Positions 35,634-49,900 are shown, counted from the first letter of the stretch. The stretch: DNA of 64,000 nucleotides from Azolla caroliniana (GCA_043228905.1 JBHGNT010000018.1:4774001-4838000); one strand, 5' to 3'. The notes: generated by a model from the letters alone, not told the origin. Numbers and translations are program-made.

Positions 35634-37788
35634 CTAATCAATCTTAACACATGAGGGAGATCCAGAAACATGCTTCAAGGCAGAATCTCTCGCAGCTCGT
35701 CGTTTTGTTTGAATGAGACGCACATATTCTGCAATAACAAGATGTAATTTGGGCCCTGCAACCTTTGTAGCAGCAGTAACAACATTGTTATTAGCCTTTC
35801 TCACACCCCGTGTAGGCTGCTTTTGTATGTGAGCAGGACAATATAAAGGGACCATGGACCTCAGCACTGGTTTCCCACATGTTACAGTTCCATTCTGCCC
35901 ACTGCAAGCGCCAAAAAACATACAGTTTATAACCAAAGGAACAAGGAAAACAGATTTCATTTGTTACAACATAAGCTAAACCAGTGCAGCATGGATTGCA
36001 TATAGATGCCATTCGCATAACGTATAACTTCTAACAGAATGCTACAAGGATTATCGATTTCATCTCAAACCATATGTAACATGTATTTATTGATGATTCC
36101 ATTCTCAAAACATATGACTTCAATAAAGTCAGCAAAGAGAAGAGTCTTCATTCTCAAAAACGGTAATCTTCTGCTTCGCATTGACAAGGAGTTTCTTGAG
36201 TCCGTCAGTTCTGCTTACATAATAAATAGCTATGGTCTGACGCACATATTCTCAAATATATAATTCTTTATAAAATCTAGTTTCAAAGTTACAAAGGTTG
36301 GTTAATTAATCAATTTCAATAGCAAAATCTAAACCATAGGCAAATGGATTTAGCTTTAATTCTTGAGGACATACAGCTTGACCAAATGAAACAAGGAGAA
36401 ACGTTCCTTTTCATGAAATGTACTCTAGTTACCAAATCTCATAGTCTGATTAAAATGATGATACTCAAAAACACACACTAAATCAAATCAGACAGTGAGA
36501 AGAGATCTATATATAGTCTGTTAAATTCAAATCTAGATTCTAACTTGCCATGGTTATAATGATCATTCTCAAAAACACCCAAATTAACTCACTGCAAAAT
36601 GGAGAAAAATATTTCTTTAGTTTGTACCTGCTAGTTACAAATCTTCATACCCTCATACCCATGTTTAGATTTTATCAGTCTAGAAACCAAAGGAAATGCC
36701 AACAAAAGACTTGTTTACTAATAAAAGCTAATTACATGGCCAGGTTAAATTTTTCATTCTCCGGAACAGGACCTAAATCAAATGTAGCATCGTGGTTCTC
36801 ATTCCATGCCTCTAAATTACAAATCCACACGGCCATGGTCATAATGACCATTTTGGAAAGCAGAAAATGAAGAAGATACTTCTCTGGTGCATAACCTATG
36901 GTTCCAGTTTTATATGGCCATTGTTGAAATTATAGAAAACATAACCGAAACTGTATAATACAATACGGAGAAATAGAGTAAACCAACATGTGCTTACCTT
37001 CGGGTCACAAAGTTACAAGGCCGATAGAGCTGTTGCCGAGGATCTGAGAGGATATGTGAGAAGCAAAACATGCCAAGAGCCATTGGCTTTGACTTACAAC
37101 CTAGATTTGCGCATCGAATAATTTCACCTATAGTCTTTTCTGGGGTAAGAGGCTCTCTCATCAACCCTGCCACTACACCACTTTTGACAAGACTTTCATT
37201 TCCTTTGATCAGGACATTCTCATGTCCATTTGCATTCTTTTCATTTCCTTTGACCACACTGTCGTTTCCTTTTGCATTCTTCTCGCTTCCATCTGCTACT
37301 ACTTCCACTTCCATGTTGGCATCATTACCACCATTTTCATGCATCTTCTTCTCCTTCTCAGGTTCAACCTCGTCCCTCCATCCTCCTCTACCATGCTTGA
37401 TGTAGAAAACTCTATACTTGGACCTAAGCTCTTCAAGAAGACCCCAGTATTGCAAGCGATAAAGCTTCATCAGCTGTTTTACTCTGCGATTTCTCCGTCG
37501 CACAACTTCTTGCTGCGTGAGAGCCTCTGATTTCTTGAGTATTTCGTCCTCTCCAGCTCCATCGATGGCGAGGTCGCAGATCTCCGAGTCGTTGTCTGAT
37601 CCAGCTTCCGCTTCACGCTTCGCTTCTGCTTCGCTGGCGTTATTGTTAGGGTTGGTAGCAGCGGTTGTGCAGATAGCCATGGCTTCTGCAGACGCCAAGG
37701 CAGGAACTGTTGCAGAGATATCCGTTGCTACGGATGATATGGCCATGGCGGAAGATGATGAAGCTTCTTGAGGAAGCTTCCTCACCAT
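35634..37788 (-). CDS. INO80 complex subunit D / KANSL2-like zf-C3Hc3H protein (~352 aa); exons 37788-36998, 35901-35634
   Basis: EDEILKKSEALTQQEVVRRR..QLMKLYRLQYWGLLEELR; two C3H-type fingers (C..GCKSKPMALGMFCFSHILSDPRQQLYRPC and CGKPVLRSMVPLYCPAH); KLHLVIAEYVRLIQTKRR; in-frame GT-AG intron. Confidence 0.9.
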
Positions 37789-37821
37789 AGCGCTCTCTCT
37801 GTGTCTCTCTGAATGGTGCTA

Positions 37822-38030
37822 CAAAACCCTAATTTCGGCGAAGGGTCTCTATCTCTGTTCTTACAAAACCCTAGTGAGCCTTTCTGGAGATGAGAAAACG
37901 TGCAGGGGCATTTGGGTAAATAAATGAAATTATTTCATAGACCTCCCCGGAACAAATGATGATTTCAAAGTGCAGGGGCATTCCGGTAAATAAAGGAAAG
38001 TTCCATAGATCTCCCTTGGAACAAATGACC
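37822..38030 (-). promoter_or_regulatory. Putative promoter with telo-box motifs and a ~70-bp direct repeat
   Basis: AAACCCTAA at ~37824 and AAACCCTAG at ~37866; gtgcaggggcatt..gtaaataaa..catag..ggaacaaatga occurs at ~37900 and ~37970. Confidence 0.45.
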
Positions 38031-38109
38031 CAAGACATAGTGTTAAGACTTTAGTATTGTAACGATTTACCATTAGGGTATGTTAATTTACGATAAGAAT
38101 AAAAAAAGG

Positions 38110-38620
38110 TTAAAAGAAAGGTCTTGTGAGACCAAATTTGGCCCATGAGACAATTGATTACAATGATGGGATGTGTACCCAATCATCGGAAATAAACATA
38201 AATCAAAGAGTTTTTAGCGTGGTACAAAAAGATGTTACAAGATTTGACATGTTCTATTAAAGAAATGGTTATTTGCTTGGACTAGTTTCATTTCCTTCCA
38301 AGTCTCTCGAAAAAGAGTGGGGGGTTGAAGGGTTTCGATGCAGGTGTGGCCCATGGTCTCGATGTTAATGGTATCCCGACCATAACCTCTAGGTTGGGTA
38401 ACTCGCGTTCCTTTATCTTCTTAATTGCTTCTGCACAACAAGCGATTTTGAAGCCCGATATCTGATGCACACTTGGTTGTTCTTTGGTTTTCTACGTCAA
38501 CGAGGGAGAGATAGTGGTGTAGGTGTGTTTGCATTCATCATTCCCCCCTATCCCTAAAAAAAATCAATGCTAATGTGTTTGTGAATATTATAAAGGTCAT
38601 TCAGAGAGGGTTGTGTGCGT
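38110..38620 (-). mobile_element. Dispersed repeat, probably a LINE/SINE 3' end (related copies 53050-53540 and 15300-15385)
   Basis: Clear similarity to 53170-53540 (EAIKKIKERELPNLEVMVG vs EAIEKIRERELHCLEAMVG) and, inverted, to 15300-15385. Confidence 0.7.
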
Positions 38621-38959
38621 GTGTTGAAAGCAATATGAATGTGGCAATTTTATGTGTTGGTGGGTGTAAATTAAAACTCACAGCTTGGTGGAGTTTTCCT
38701 CTTGCATATTGGTGATTCAACAAATTGTACTACCCATGTCGAAGTGACACCACTCAATTGTGATACCTTTTTGCGTCGAAACCTATTTGGGGCATATTCG
38801 AGATTACTGTGTAGAACTATGTGATATTCAAAGACCGAGACATTTATCTGATTGAAATAAAAAAGGATGTCAACAGAGGTACCTAATACATTGATTCCCC
38901 CACCACCTCCACGTTAGCGTGAATCGATTAGGGCATGTGGGGGAGAGAGAGAGAGAGAG

Positions 38960-41760
38960 AGAGAGAGATTATGGTCGGTTTTTGGTTCTAGAAATCATGT
39001 TTATTGGCGAGGTTGTGTGCGTGGTTGAGATTTATGCCCCCAACCAACCCAATCAACGTATTACATTATGGGGCTCACTACTTCAAACCCTATGTGTGGG
39101 CCGTCCAAGATTACTTATGGGTGATTTTAACATGTGTGTTGATACATCTCAATCTACATCTGAACATTCAATCATGGATGATCCTGAGCAACTTGCTTGG
39201 GAGTCATTGGCTATGGAGGTTTTGAAGTTGGATGTTTGGACATGGTTGCATGGGAATGATCCAGGTTTTACTTTCCAATCTGCACAACATAGACAAACAT
39301 GGAGTCGATTAGATAGAATGTATGTGATGCACGATGGTTCTCTTTTACCAACATCACTTCGTATGGCAGTTCTACAAGATGTAGGAACTTCAATGTCAAT
39401 CTCATTTGTTTTTCCACGCATTACATCCTACTTATGCCGATCTAATGTGGTGCATGTGAAGCAATGAGATGAATGTATAGTGGATCCTTCTACAATAATT
39501 CAAATATGCGTTCAATACTTTAAGGAGTTGATTACCCCACAATTGTTAATGCTAAATGAGGTGACTCGAGCACGCTATGAGTTTTATGATGTGGCTGGAT
39601 GTATTGTGCACGAGCTCATTCATCATGAATTAAACTAGTTCCGAAGGTATGCCTCAAGCTTGGAAGGTGGGTCTAATTAAACTAGTTATGAATGTGGCAT
39701 CCCCCAAGTCCTTTCATTAATGGAGACCTATTTCTTTAATGGGGGGGGGGGGGGGGGGGGGGGGGTTGTATAAGATATTTACAAAGGTCTTGGCAAATAG
39801 ATTACAAAAGTATTTGCCAAAGTTGATACATCCTGCCCAATATGGTTTTATTGCAGGTAGGAATATATTGCATAATGTTTTGAATGTTCAAATGGTTATG
39901 GATTATGCACGAAAAAGAATGGATTATGGTGCAATTCGATTTGGAGAAAGCTTATGATCATGTTAATTTGTTCTTCATTTCTAGGTTAATGCATACAATG
40001 GGCTTTGGACCATGTATATCTCACCTCATATTTTTATTAGGACAAGATGCAATGTCTCAAATAATGCTTAACGGGGGAGTTACAATAGATATTGCCCTCA
40101 CAAAATCTATTCGTCAAGGATGCCCACTATCACAGACATGCCAACCGCATAGCTATAAGTGACGAGGCAAGAAACTCGGGAAGTTGGGGGCGACGAGGTG
40201 AGGAACTTAAGAAGTTGGGCATGACACAAAAGCATGAAGACAAAGATAAAGATCAAGGAGACAAGATGACGCGAAATTAGAATACTAGATTGATGTGTCA
40301 ATGACTAGTGTTGAATCCATTGAAAGGGACCAAGGAGGTTATAAGTATTTATATTGTGAGCTGAAGTACATGCATTAGAATATTCTAGTTCTAGAACTTT
40401 CTAAAAACTCTTAGAACTTGAATAGATAATCTACGAAGATATATATAACATGATCATGTAATGTCTGTGACACCCACTTAGCCCGTTGTTGTTTGCTATT
40501 GTTACTCATCCCTTGTTAGTGATGTTAACAAGGCTTGCAACAAATGGTGACATTGTGAGTTGAAAGTACATGCATTAGATATTTTGGAGAATATTCTCGC
40601 GAACCTTCTAGTTCTAGAACTTTCTAAAAACTCTTAGAACTTGAATAGATGATCTATGAAGATATACATAACATGACCATGTATTTGGATGTGTTGGCTG
40701 CAACATAACACTTGACTATAATACAAGAGGTCAAGAGTTCAAATCTTGATATAACTATTGTCATGTCTGTGACACCCACTTAGCCCATTGTTGTTTGCTA
40801 TTGTTACTCATCCCTTGTTAGTAATGCAATCAAGTGGTGACATTGTGGGTCTACACCTTCCGTCTAGAGGGCAACTAGTAGCACAAGCTCCGACTGATGA
40901 TTCTTTCATATCCCGCCTAATTATGGGTTTATCTGGCAACAACTACAAAATATTGCATTGATGCAAGGTCCCTTACCTCCACAAATAGGGGAACAACCAT
41001 GGGATGATTGGTGTTTACGGGGTCAGACGTCGTTTTTACAAGTGACTACTAATATTTTGTATCATTGCTCTATGGAGACTCTTAGATGGCTATCATCTAA
41101 GGTTGAAGAAGAATGGAAAATACACAAATATGATCATGGGTGGTGGTAGATCTTACAACGTAGTTGGCATTCTAAATTGCCACTTGTAGCAAAGGTCTTC
41201 ATTTGGAGAGTTTTGATTGAAGGATTGCCTTTGGGATTAGCTCTAAAGCATCGTGGACTAACAACGGGTAATTGCTTCTTTTGCATTGTTCAAATGGATG
41301 ATAGTACTCATCGATTTATATGATGTCTAATTGCTTGTCAGATTTGGAGTTACATTTCTCAAAATTGGCAAGTTTTATCACGGTGTTATTTGATACCTAC
41401 ACATTGGGTGTTTGCACAATTTACACAGGTTGACCCAAAATTAGAGTTAGAGATCTTTTTCCTATTTCTGAGATATTGGGGATTGCGTCATAATTGGGAC
41501 ATGTGCAACAATTTTGTATTTGATGGTATACATGGAGTGAAAACATATCTACGAAAGTTGAAGAGAGTACTAATGTGACAATTTTCTTTATTGGAGCAAG
41601 TTTGAAATTCTTTCCTCAATGGAGTGTTCGTCTTGCCTATTGGCAATTCAACATGTTCCATTACCCATGTAGTGTAGTTAGTGGGTGACCATACACCATT
41701 GTAAGTTGTGTTTTTTCACACACATTTATTAATATAATTGTGTGTTTTCACAAAAAAGAA
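38960..41760 (+). mobile_element. Degenerate L1-type LINE ORF2 (APE, RT, zf-RVT)
   Basis: IYAPN, MGDFN, WSRLDRMY; YKIFTKVLANRL, QYGFI, DLEKAYDHV, IRQGCPLSPLLF (split by an insertion); KVFIWR..C..C..H near 41190-41320; ends A-rich at ~41750. Confidence 0.85.
40128..40472. mobile_element. Small solo-LTR-like insertion with TSD CCCAC inside the L1 RT; right end duplicated at ~40550-40850
   Basis: Ends t(a)tcacagaca / tgtctgtgaca are inverted repeats. CCCAC occurs at 40123-27 and 40473-77, and removal restores GCP-LSPLLFAIVTHP. Confidence 0.8.
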
Positions 41761-43944
41761 GAAGATCTATGGAGTAATAGAAAGGTGAGAAATTTGGGTT
41801 TCAAACCCAAGATGTAGTGCAAATAGTGTAAATGACTTACCACTAGGGTAAGCTAATTACGAGCAAGATAGAGATAGAGAGCACACAAAATTACCTTTTC
41901 ACTTTCAAAGATACATTTTACATAAACAACCCTTACAATGTGTATGTGTCCATATCATGTACAAAGGAAGAAGAAGAAGAAGAAGTTCAAAGGAATGGAA
42001 AAAGAATCAACAAACGGTGGGAGTGGAACCCACAACGTCAGTGGACCAAGAAAGAGGCTTAAACATATCTTTCCGTAGAAGATAATTTACCTGAAGTCCA
42101 AAAAGCCTTCTAGCATTGCTTTACTCGAAGCATTCATGTGCTTCTTAATCTCAAGGATAAAAAGGCCTTCAAGGATTGATTGGTCTTCACTTGAAAACCT
42201 CTACCTCATCGATTAAGCACTCAAATACCCACCTAACCCTACATTTGTTTATTGGTCAAGTAAAGAAAGGGGCATATTCACATGACAATGTATGATTCTT
42301 ATTGGCTATCTATCATCTTATTAGCCCCATGTTCACAACATTTTATTCCTTTAATGTTTTAGCAATCACATGTAGTGATATCTAAACATTTATAACATTA
42401 TAATTTCGATTCTTAAAACATTTGTCAAAGTCATGACTACCAAAATGGGAAACAAGCATAAAATTGGACACAAAAGGGAAAAACATTCCAACTTTTAAAT
42501 TTTGAAATTGGGTTTGCCATTCTCTTTGAGTGATTGTCATTTGAAGACTTTTAATAGAAGAATGATATGTGGGCACCACCTTGTAAGCAAAAACAAGTTT
42601 GCATGTGTATATAGAACAAGAGGGCCAAAAACCATAACACTTTATCAAATATTCAAAAAGGAACAAAAAATAATATTTGACAATAGAACAAAGAAGCAAA
42701 CATGTAAACGTATATATATATATACACATATTAGGGAATCCAAGGCATAACATAGGAAAACTTGTTGCAATGAGATTTGGATTAACGCATACCTTTCCTT
42801 CTTTCAGTACATTGAGAGATTTAGGACAGATAATTAGAAGAGCAAGAAGAGATAACAGAAAACTCTACATAGCCATAAAGATACACTTTTCTCTTTTTTC
42901 TATTCTATTTAATGATACCTGTAAAATTACTTATTTTTGTGGAAGTTAGCCCTTTGAATTCTCTTTTTGGATTATTTCTTTAAGTTTTAGGTTAATCATA
43001 GCCAGGAAAGTATTTCCCAACCACATTGCTGGCGAGACCATACACCAGAATGTAGTTGGGTGCTCCCAAAACACTGAGCCCCCAAGAATGGGTTTCAAAA
43101 CTGAGTTCCCGATTGCATGGCTCAATACACAATTGCCATTTTCCGAATTTAGGATAAAAGTTCATGAATGGCAAGCAATCTCACAAACAATGCACAATGA
43201 GTGAGATTGCAAGAAGAATTGTATTTTAGTGAACAATTTGGCAACCTAAATTTTGTACAACCATCTAATACTGATGCTGTGGTAACACTAACAAACTGAT
43301 GCTGGTTAAGCTAACTATCATAGAGTTGTGATCATTAATGCATTAAATGAAAGTCATCAGATCTTAAAACTACTCTAACCTTGTAAACCTCAATTAATTA
43401 GCATAACATCAACAATAAAGTCTTAAACCACGTTTGAGATTTCAAGAAAACCTTGTTAGGGAAACATACTACAAAAACTACTTATTTACAATGCCCCCAA
43501 GAGCCAAAGAAGTAATGCAGTATCACCAGAAGCTCTTTTCTTAAACATTATCATACAACATCACCAGCAATAATGGCGAAATTAAATTGAACATGGCAAA
43601 CACTTTGTTCAAAGAAAGAATACATTCATTTGTAGATTTAACTTCTCATAGACAAACCAACCATCCAACAGGTAGGGATGTGTGATCTTTTGCTTTGACC
43701 TAGATACAGGTTTAATATCTTCACCACGTTGCAAATCAACAAGAATGCACACACATGAAGCTTACCCATGTGCCGCCCTTATTAGATCTGATATCCGAGT
43801 CTTTGCAGCCTGAAAACACACTCTAATTCTCCACATGCAATGTATAAGCTAAATATAGACATGGATAGCTCTTTCTACATATGGATAGCGTACACCAAGA
43901 ATTTTAGATTGAAACTGTATGACCTCATTTATTTCCAAAATCCC

Positions 43945-46900
43945 TCAAATTGCAAGTTGCACAAAATCTGGCCGTTTCTTGCTAGGCATATGAAGTAGAC
44001 CAACCATTTGGAGTTCTGAGGCTGCTTTGCAGAACCTTGCTCTAGTTGAATTATGTCAAGTAGAATCAATTTACTTATAACAAACAAAAAAGTGCGAAGT
44101 CCATTTACAATTAATAAAAAACAAGCAGTGGGAGATGCATACATGTGTGTGTGTGCGTGCGTGCGTGCGTGTATGTATGAGACCAAATTGAGGGATACTG
44201 TAGCAATGCACGATCCATTTTCTGAACAGTCTTTTTGGGGCTTTTCTGGCTCTTCCTTTTACTGCACGGTTCTTCACTTACGGGAGTCTCTAGAACAGCA
44301 GAGAATGACTGATATACCTCAAATAAGTTCACCTGATCGCCATGAGTTTGTGCAAGACAAAACCTGTCCACAAGAAAGTGTGAACTGAATGCTAGTCATA
44401 TGAGTGTTTTACACATAGGAATGCTAGTCATAAAGATGGATAACGTTGGGTCAGGACCACGCATGGCATTCATGTTATAAAACATTTTTGGGGAGCAAAT
44501 GGAGATCTGCATATATCAATAAAAATGGATGCAATCCATTAAATATTTCCAGTTTACATTACTTACAGAATGGAACTATCGTTCATTGAGTCTGATAGAT
44601 TGCCATTGTTTGTACAGCAACAATTACACTGCAAAGTTATCTGAGGATACTGAACATTTCTCTGAATAGCCTTTCTAGGCTCACCGATTAATGTCTGAAA
44701 GGAAAAAGCAAGAAATTGTAAGCATCCAGCAGCCCATAGCATGTATCGACGGATAATGTCTCCATGTTAATGTTATTGAACAAAGAGTTTATGAAGAATA
44801 AGAAGAACCCAAAGGTGCAATACCATTAAAAGACTCACATGTTCATAATGATACCCTGAAATTTGTCACAAATAAACATGCACACAAACACATTTAACAC
44901 TTTTACAGTAAAAAGACAATTTTCCAAGAAGAGTGCCTCCAGTGCAAGACTCAAAGAAGATAAGACTCGCAAAGCAAAAAACTATCCAGTAAGACTATTC
45001 TTATAGAACAGTAGTGTATAAAATTTTAAGATTTCTCAAAAGCACGTACCTGTTTTATGTTTCCAGCATTCCTGAAGCATATGATCTCATGAAATGGTAA
45101 GGAGTCCAGAGTTATCAGACATTCTCTGTACATGGACAGCTTATTGTGGTAAGCATAGATACATAATGACCACCTTCAAAACATTTTACTACCTTAATAT
45201 TGAAATTTTAGTAGCTCAGAGGACCATGTCGCAACAAAAATGACATCCATGTGATATTAAGTCAGAAACCAAAGGAGTTCATGCGTCAAGGTTACGCAAA
45301 ATCCATAAGAAAAAAATTTAAACCATGTTTATGCATACACATAAGATAAAGACCTACTTAGATTTCAAAATGATAATATTCCAACTGAAAGATCTAATAA
45401 GATTTTGCAGGACGGGGGACAGGATGTTCAACTATTTCTAGAGCCTTGAAGAACATAACAGAACACAAAAAGGCCTTTACTAAGCAAAAGGTAATGGATT
45501 GCTAATAAACATTCACCAAGCAGAACTTCTCTAGGATAAAGATGATCACTACAGAAAGAAGTGGTGCAATTATGGCGAAATTCGCCTCATCAAATTCTTG
45601 AATTAGATTCCTGGGAATCCTTATTTAGGTCATCTTGTTAGTAATAAGCAATTGATTTGCATTAAATTATTTAGCATGGGTATGCATGATCCAGTACTAC
45701 CCTTATATATACAAACATATAAAAAAAATTGAAGGACATCGAGAAATAGATAAATGTTTACTTCATCATCTTTTCAATGAAGTTTGCCACCATTTTACCA
45801 ATCACTCTGGAGCTCAGTTTCTTCTGCATTGCAGGGCTTCCACCAGCTCTGATAACAAGACATTGGATGATTAAATACTTACATTAAAATGTTTATGAAC
45901 TTGTGGATTTCCAGCTTTAACCGCAATCCACAAACTCCAAGATATTAAGGATACCTTGTCAACACAGCTTCATGATCCAAAATAGGCATTGCATGAGTTT
46001 CCCTGTTAGCATTTGAACAATCCACAGTAGCATTCTTAGTCAAGACTTCCTTGATTTTTGCTTCATCCTCAGTGGGGATTTCATCCACGGCAGTTTTGGG
46101 CTGTTTCTCTCTAGAAGCCTCAAATAAAAGTTTTTTCCGTCTTGAAGTATTATCGGAATCATTCAAGAAGCCTTCATCTATTGGAGTTTCTGACATGAAT
46201 TTCTGTAACATAGCTTGAACTTCAATCCTCCACTGCAAAGAAAAAAATGACCTTTATGGATTTCTATGTCCTTATTCTCATTATCATCAAAGGCATATTA
46301 GCACCACTTATCATTGAGATTAAAGATAAACGGCGAGTCTCATTTCCTAATACATTCAGAGGCAAATTGACACCAATTATCATATAACCATTGAGATGAC
46401 GGGAGAAAAGCTGAATTTCAATTGACTGGAACAATTTTGAATTTCTAATTGATGAGCTTTATCAAGCTTTATTGGTCATCCTAATCAGATAAAATATCTG
46501 TCTGTATCACAAACCTATACATCCCTTCTGCCACTTCTAAAAATTTGCAATACCTTTAGCAACACTGAGCACAAACTATATATAGCAATGCAGTACTAAT
46601 CGAGCATAGTTGAAGAGTAAAGATCAGTAAACTGAATTCAATCTTTGATCTATCTTCCTTGCAGCATAAGACTCAGATACTGGTGATTGCTTCATTGCTA
46701 AATACAATACATTAGCTCTGTGAGGAATTACTTGGACCTTGAGCCCATAGACTAGCCTAAGGTAGGCACCTTGAAATCTGTGCAAAAAATTCAAAATCAA
46801 CAAATCTAGTCTGGCGTTACAGCCGTTTTTATGTTCCACAACCATTTTGTAATATTTTTTATGGGGATCTTGTTCATTCTTTCTACTGAAGTAATGAAAT

Positions 46901-49900
46901 TATGCAACAAATCATGTGTCGTTGAGTGAGGACTATGATCACATCATTAAGTGAGTGGCTTTCTTCAACAGGAACAATCTCATGAGGAAGATCTTAAGGG
47001 CTCGAATAGATGATTTATTTACGTATTTGTGTCTGATTTACATGGTAATAAGTATTACTATATCACATAACAGCTGCACACCTAATCATTATCAGAATCA
47101 TACTTAAATAGACATAGACATCTTATTAAACTTTATAAGGCATGATTAAAAGGGAATCAGAAACATTCAATACTGAAACCAACCTCTTTTGAGTTTTCTG
47201 TCCGCTTCATTAATTTTGTAAGCATCTTATGCATAGTCAGTTCTGAAGCATCTCTGTTCCAATGCATACATAAATTCTCAATCGAAATCATAATCAGCAA
47301 ACATTATGGGGGTAAGCATCCCTTACCTTATTCTTTTAAACAAAGTAGCTATTGCACTATTTTGTTCACTATAGCCATATTGAATACCATCCCCTTTTGA
47401 TGTGATGAACTCTTGTGACAATGTTTTCTGTATTTGAATTTCGAGCACCTCAGATATAATCTTAATGGAATCCAAGCTAAGCAATTTCGCTGCTGCAAGG
47501 AGACACTGTAAAGAAAAAGTATGCACAATCATATACATATCAGATGATAACTCCGTAATAGGATAGAGTATTGTTATCAAAACAATTATGCATCCACTAT
47601 ATCATCACTTGATGTGTGTCCAATTTCAGCCCACGTTGTAGAATCATCAGAATAAGTTTTAAAGAATTCTAATTGGATTAACATATAGAAAAGAGTTTAA
47701 ACTCCCCAAACCTTACACACCAATTACATATAGTTCCCATCTTTCACAAAGCCGATACAATCAGAATATAAAAGTGTTGGTTCATAAATTCTTTACAAAC
47801 AATAATACCATTTCCATGCAAGAACATTCACATGCCCTATAAAAATATCAGCCATTATTAAGAAGCAAAGACTAAGTTTATTTATCATGCATGTCCCTTG
47901 CCTAAACAATGCTTTCAATTTGCATATAACAAACAAAAGTGCTGTATACAAGACTAATTATACAACTTAAAACATTAGAATCAAGTATTCGCACAAAGAA
48001 CCAAAATTAAAAACCCAAGAAATTATTTCCTGATCATGTCTTGAAGTGAAAAAGAAAACTTACACGAAGAGTTGTACACCACCTTCTTCTTTGTTCTCGC
48101 AGACTGCCAACTGCAGTTGCCAACTCCTTGTGAATGTCATGATTAGCATCCAATTTCAAGCTTAAATTTACAGCAAAAGATGAGAATTTAGTCAGCGATT
48201 TACAGGAGACACTAAGAGAACGAAAAAAAAACTGATGGTTTGAGGATTGTTCAAAATATGCTCAATATTCAAAACAAATATGCAAAATACGTAGATAATG
48301 CTGTCATAAAAAAAATTTATACCAAACGCTCATAATACTTTGCACAGCTTGCGCACATCAATCATATATCACTTTAATTGATGGTTTGTCATACATTATG
48401 TTCTTTTCTGGAGTATATGATCATTTGCATATCAAAACTAAGGCAACTTGGAATCAACAGTACTCAAGCTGAGAGTCACTTTTAATTCATCATCAATAAA
48501 TGTGCAGAACACTCATACATCTTTGTATAGACTGTGGATACTAATATATCAAAACTAAGCCAACTTGAAATCAACAGTACGCAAGCTGAGAGTCGTTCTT
48601 AATTCATCATCAATAAATGTGCAGAACACTCATACATCTTTGTATAGACTGTGGATACTAATATATCAAAACTAAGCCAACTTGGAATCAACAGTACGCA
48701 AGCTGAGAGTCGTTCTTAATTCATCATCAATAAATGTGCAGAACACTCATACATCTTTGTATAGACTGTGGATACTAATATATCAAAACTAAGCCAACTT
48801 GGAATCAACAGTACGCAAGCTGAGAGTCGTTCTTAATTCATCATCAATAAATGTGCAGAACACTCATACATCTTTGTATAGACTGTGGATACTAATATAC
48901 CATGCACCTTTATTACTCACTTAACTTGATGTTTTGTCATATGCTACATTTTCTGGAGAATTTCAGTGATCTTTGTATGCCATCTAAATTTGTGATACCT
49001 TGGATTTAGTACTACTCAACCTCTGAATCATATTTAGCCTATCATCAGATAACGTGCAGAAGCTCCAATAATTTGCATTTTTAAATCCTATTTGACTTGA
49101 AAATCTACAGCTTTCTATCTACAAGCTGGCTAAAAGAATGAAAGTAAGAATTAAGTTCTCCGGATACCTAGATGTCAACATAGGACTCTCTTTGCCTCAT
49201 CTTGAGGAATCAACAAGATAGCAGAAATGTTTGCTACTCATATTGAAATTTCATATAGTATAGATTGTATAGACATGGCTTGAAGGTTTATTGCAAGGTC
49301 TCATCATATGGCATTAGATGAAGAAGATATAAGGGATGAATACATTAGGTAAAGAAAAGATAAAATAGAAAAAAGAATTGTCAAACTCCCTCTTAGATTC
49401 CGGAACATCCAAAAATGCACATAATTCAGCTAAATTAATAAAGACAGATTTCATAGTTGGAAGTCATTCTTTGATCAAAACGAGCTGTTCGTATTTATGA
49501 GAGTTTGCACCTTTTAACTGATGGAAGCTCAGATGCATATTGAAGGAGTATTCCTTTCACAGAATCAAGGGAACCTTCTACACTAGTCTGTAATAGAAAT
49601 GAATACATCCTTATTGTCAGATGACGTAACTCCTTATTGTCTTCAAATGGTTGGCAAAGCAGACAAACCTGGTTAGACTCTAGTATTCTTGTACACAAAA
49701 AGCTTAGTGGTTGTGACCAAAAATGTTCCATGCAGGCCATCTATCCATACAAGTATTCTTGATGAAATAACTGTTTCCAAAGAGCATAGCTTTGAAATAC
49801 ATAATTTGCTTTTGCATCTAACCATGGATAAACAAGTCATACCTTCAAAGCTCTAAGAAACGAGGTTACAGTGCTGTCATATTTCTCATAGTAAGCAATA

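Noticed and set aside
39740-39765. Poly-G runs (also ~53234-53256) as functional G-quadruplexes
   Set aside because: Homopolymers inside decayed elements; length is unreliable and there is no supporting context.
48429-48899. CRISPR-like array
   Set aside because: Head-to-tail repeats without unique spacers, inside a eukaryotic intron.
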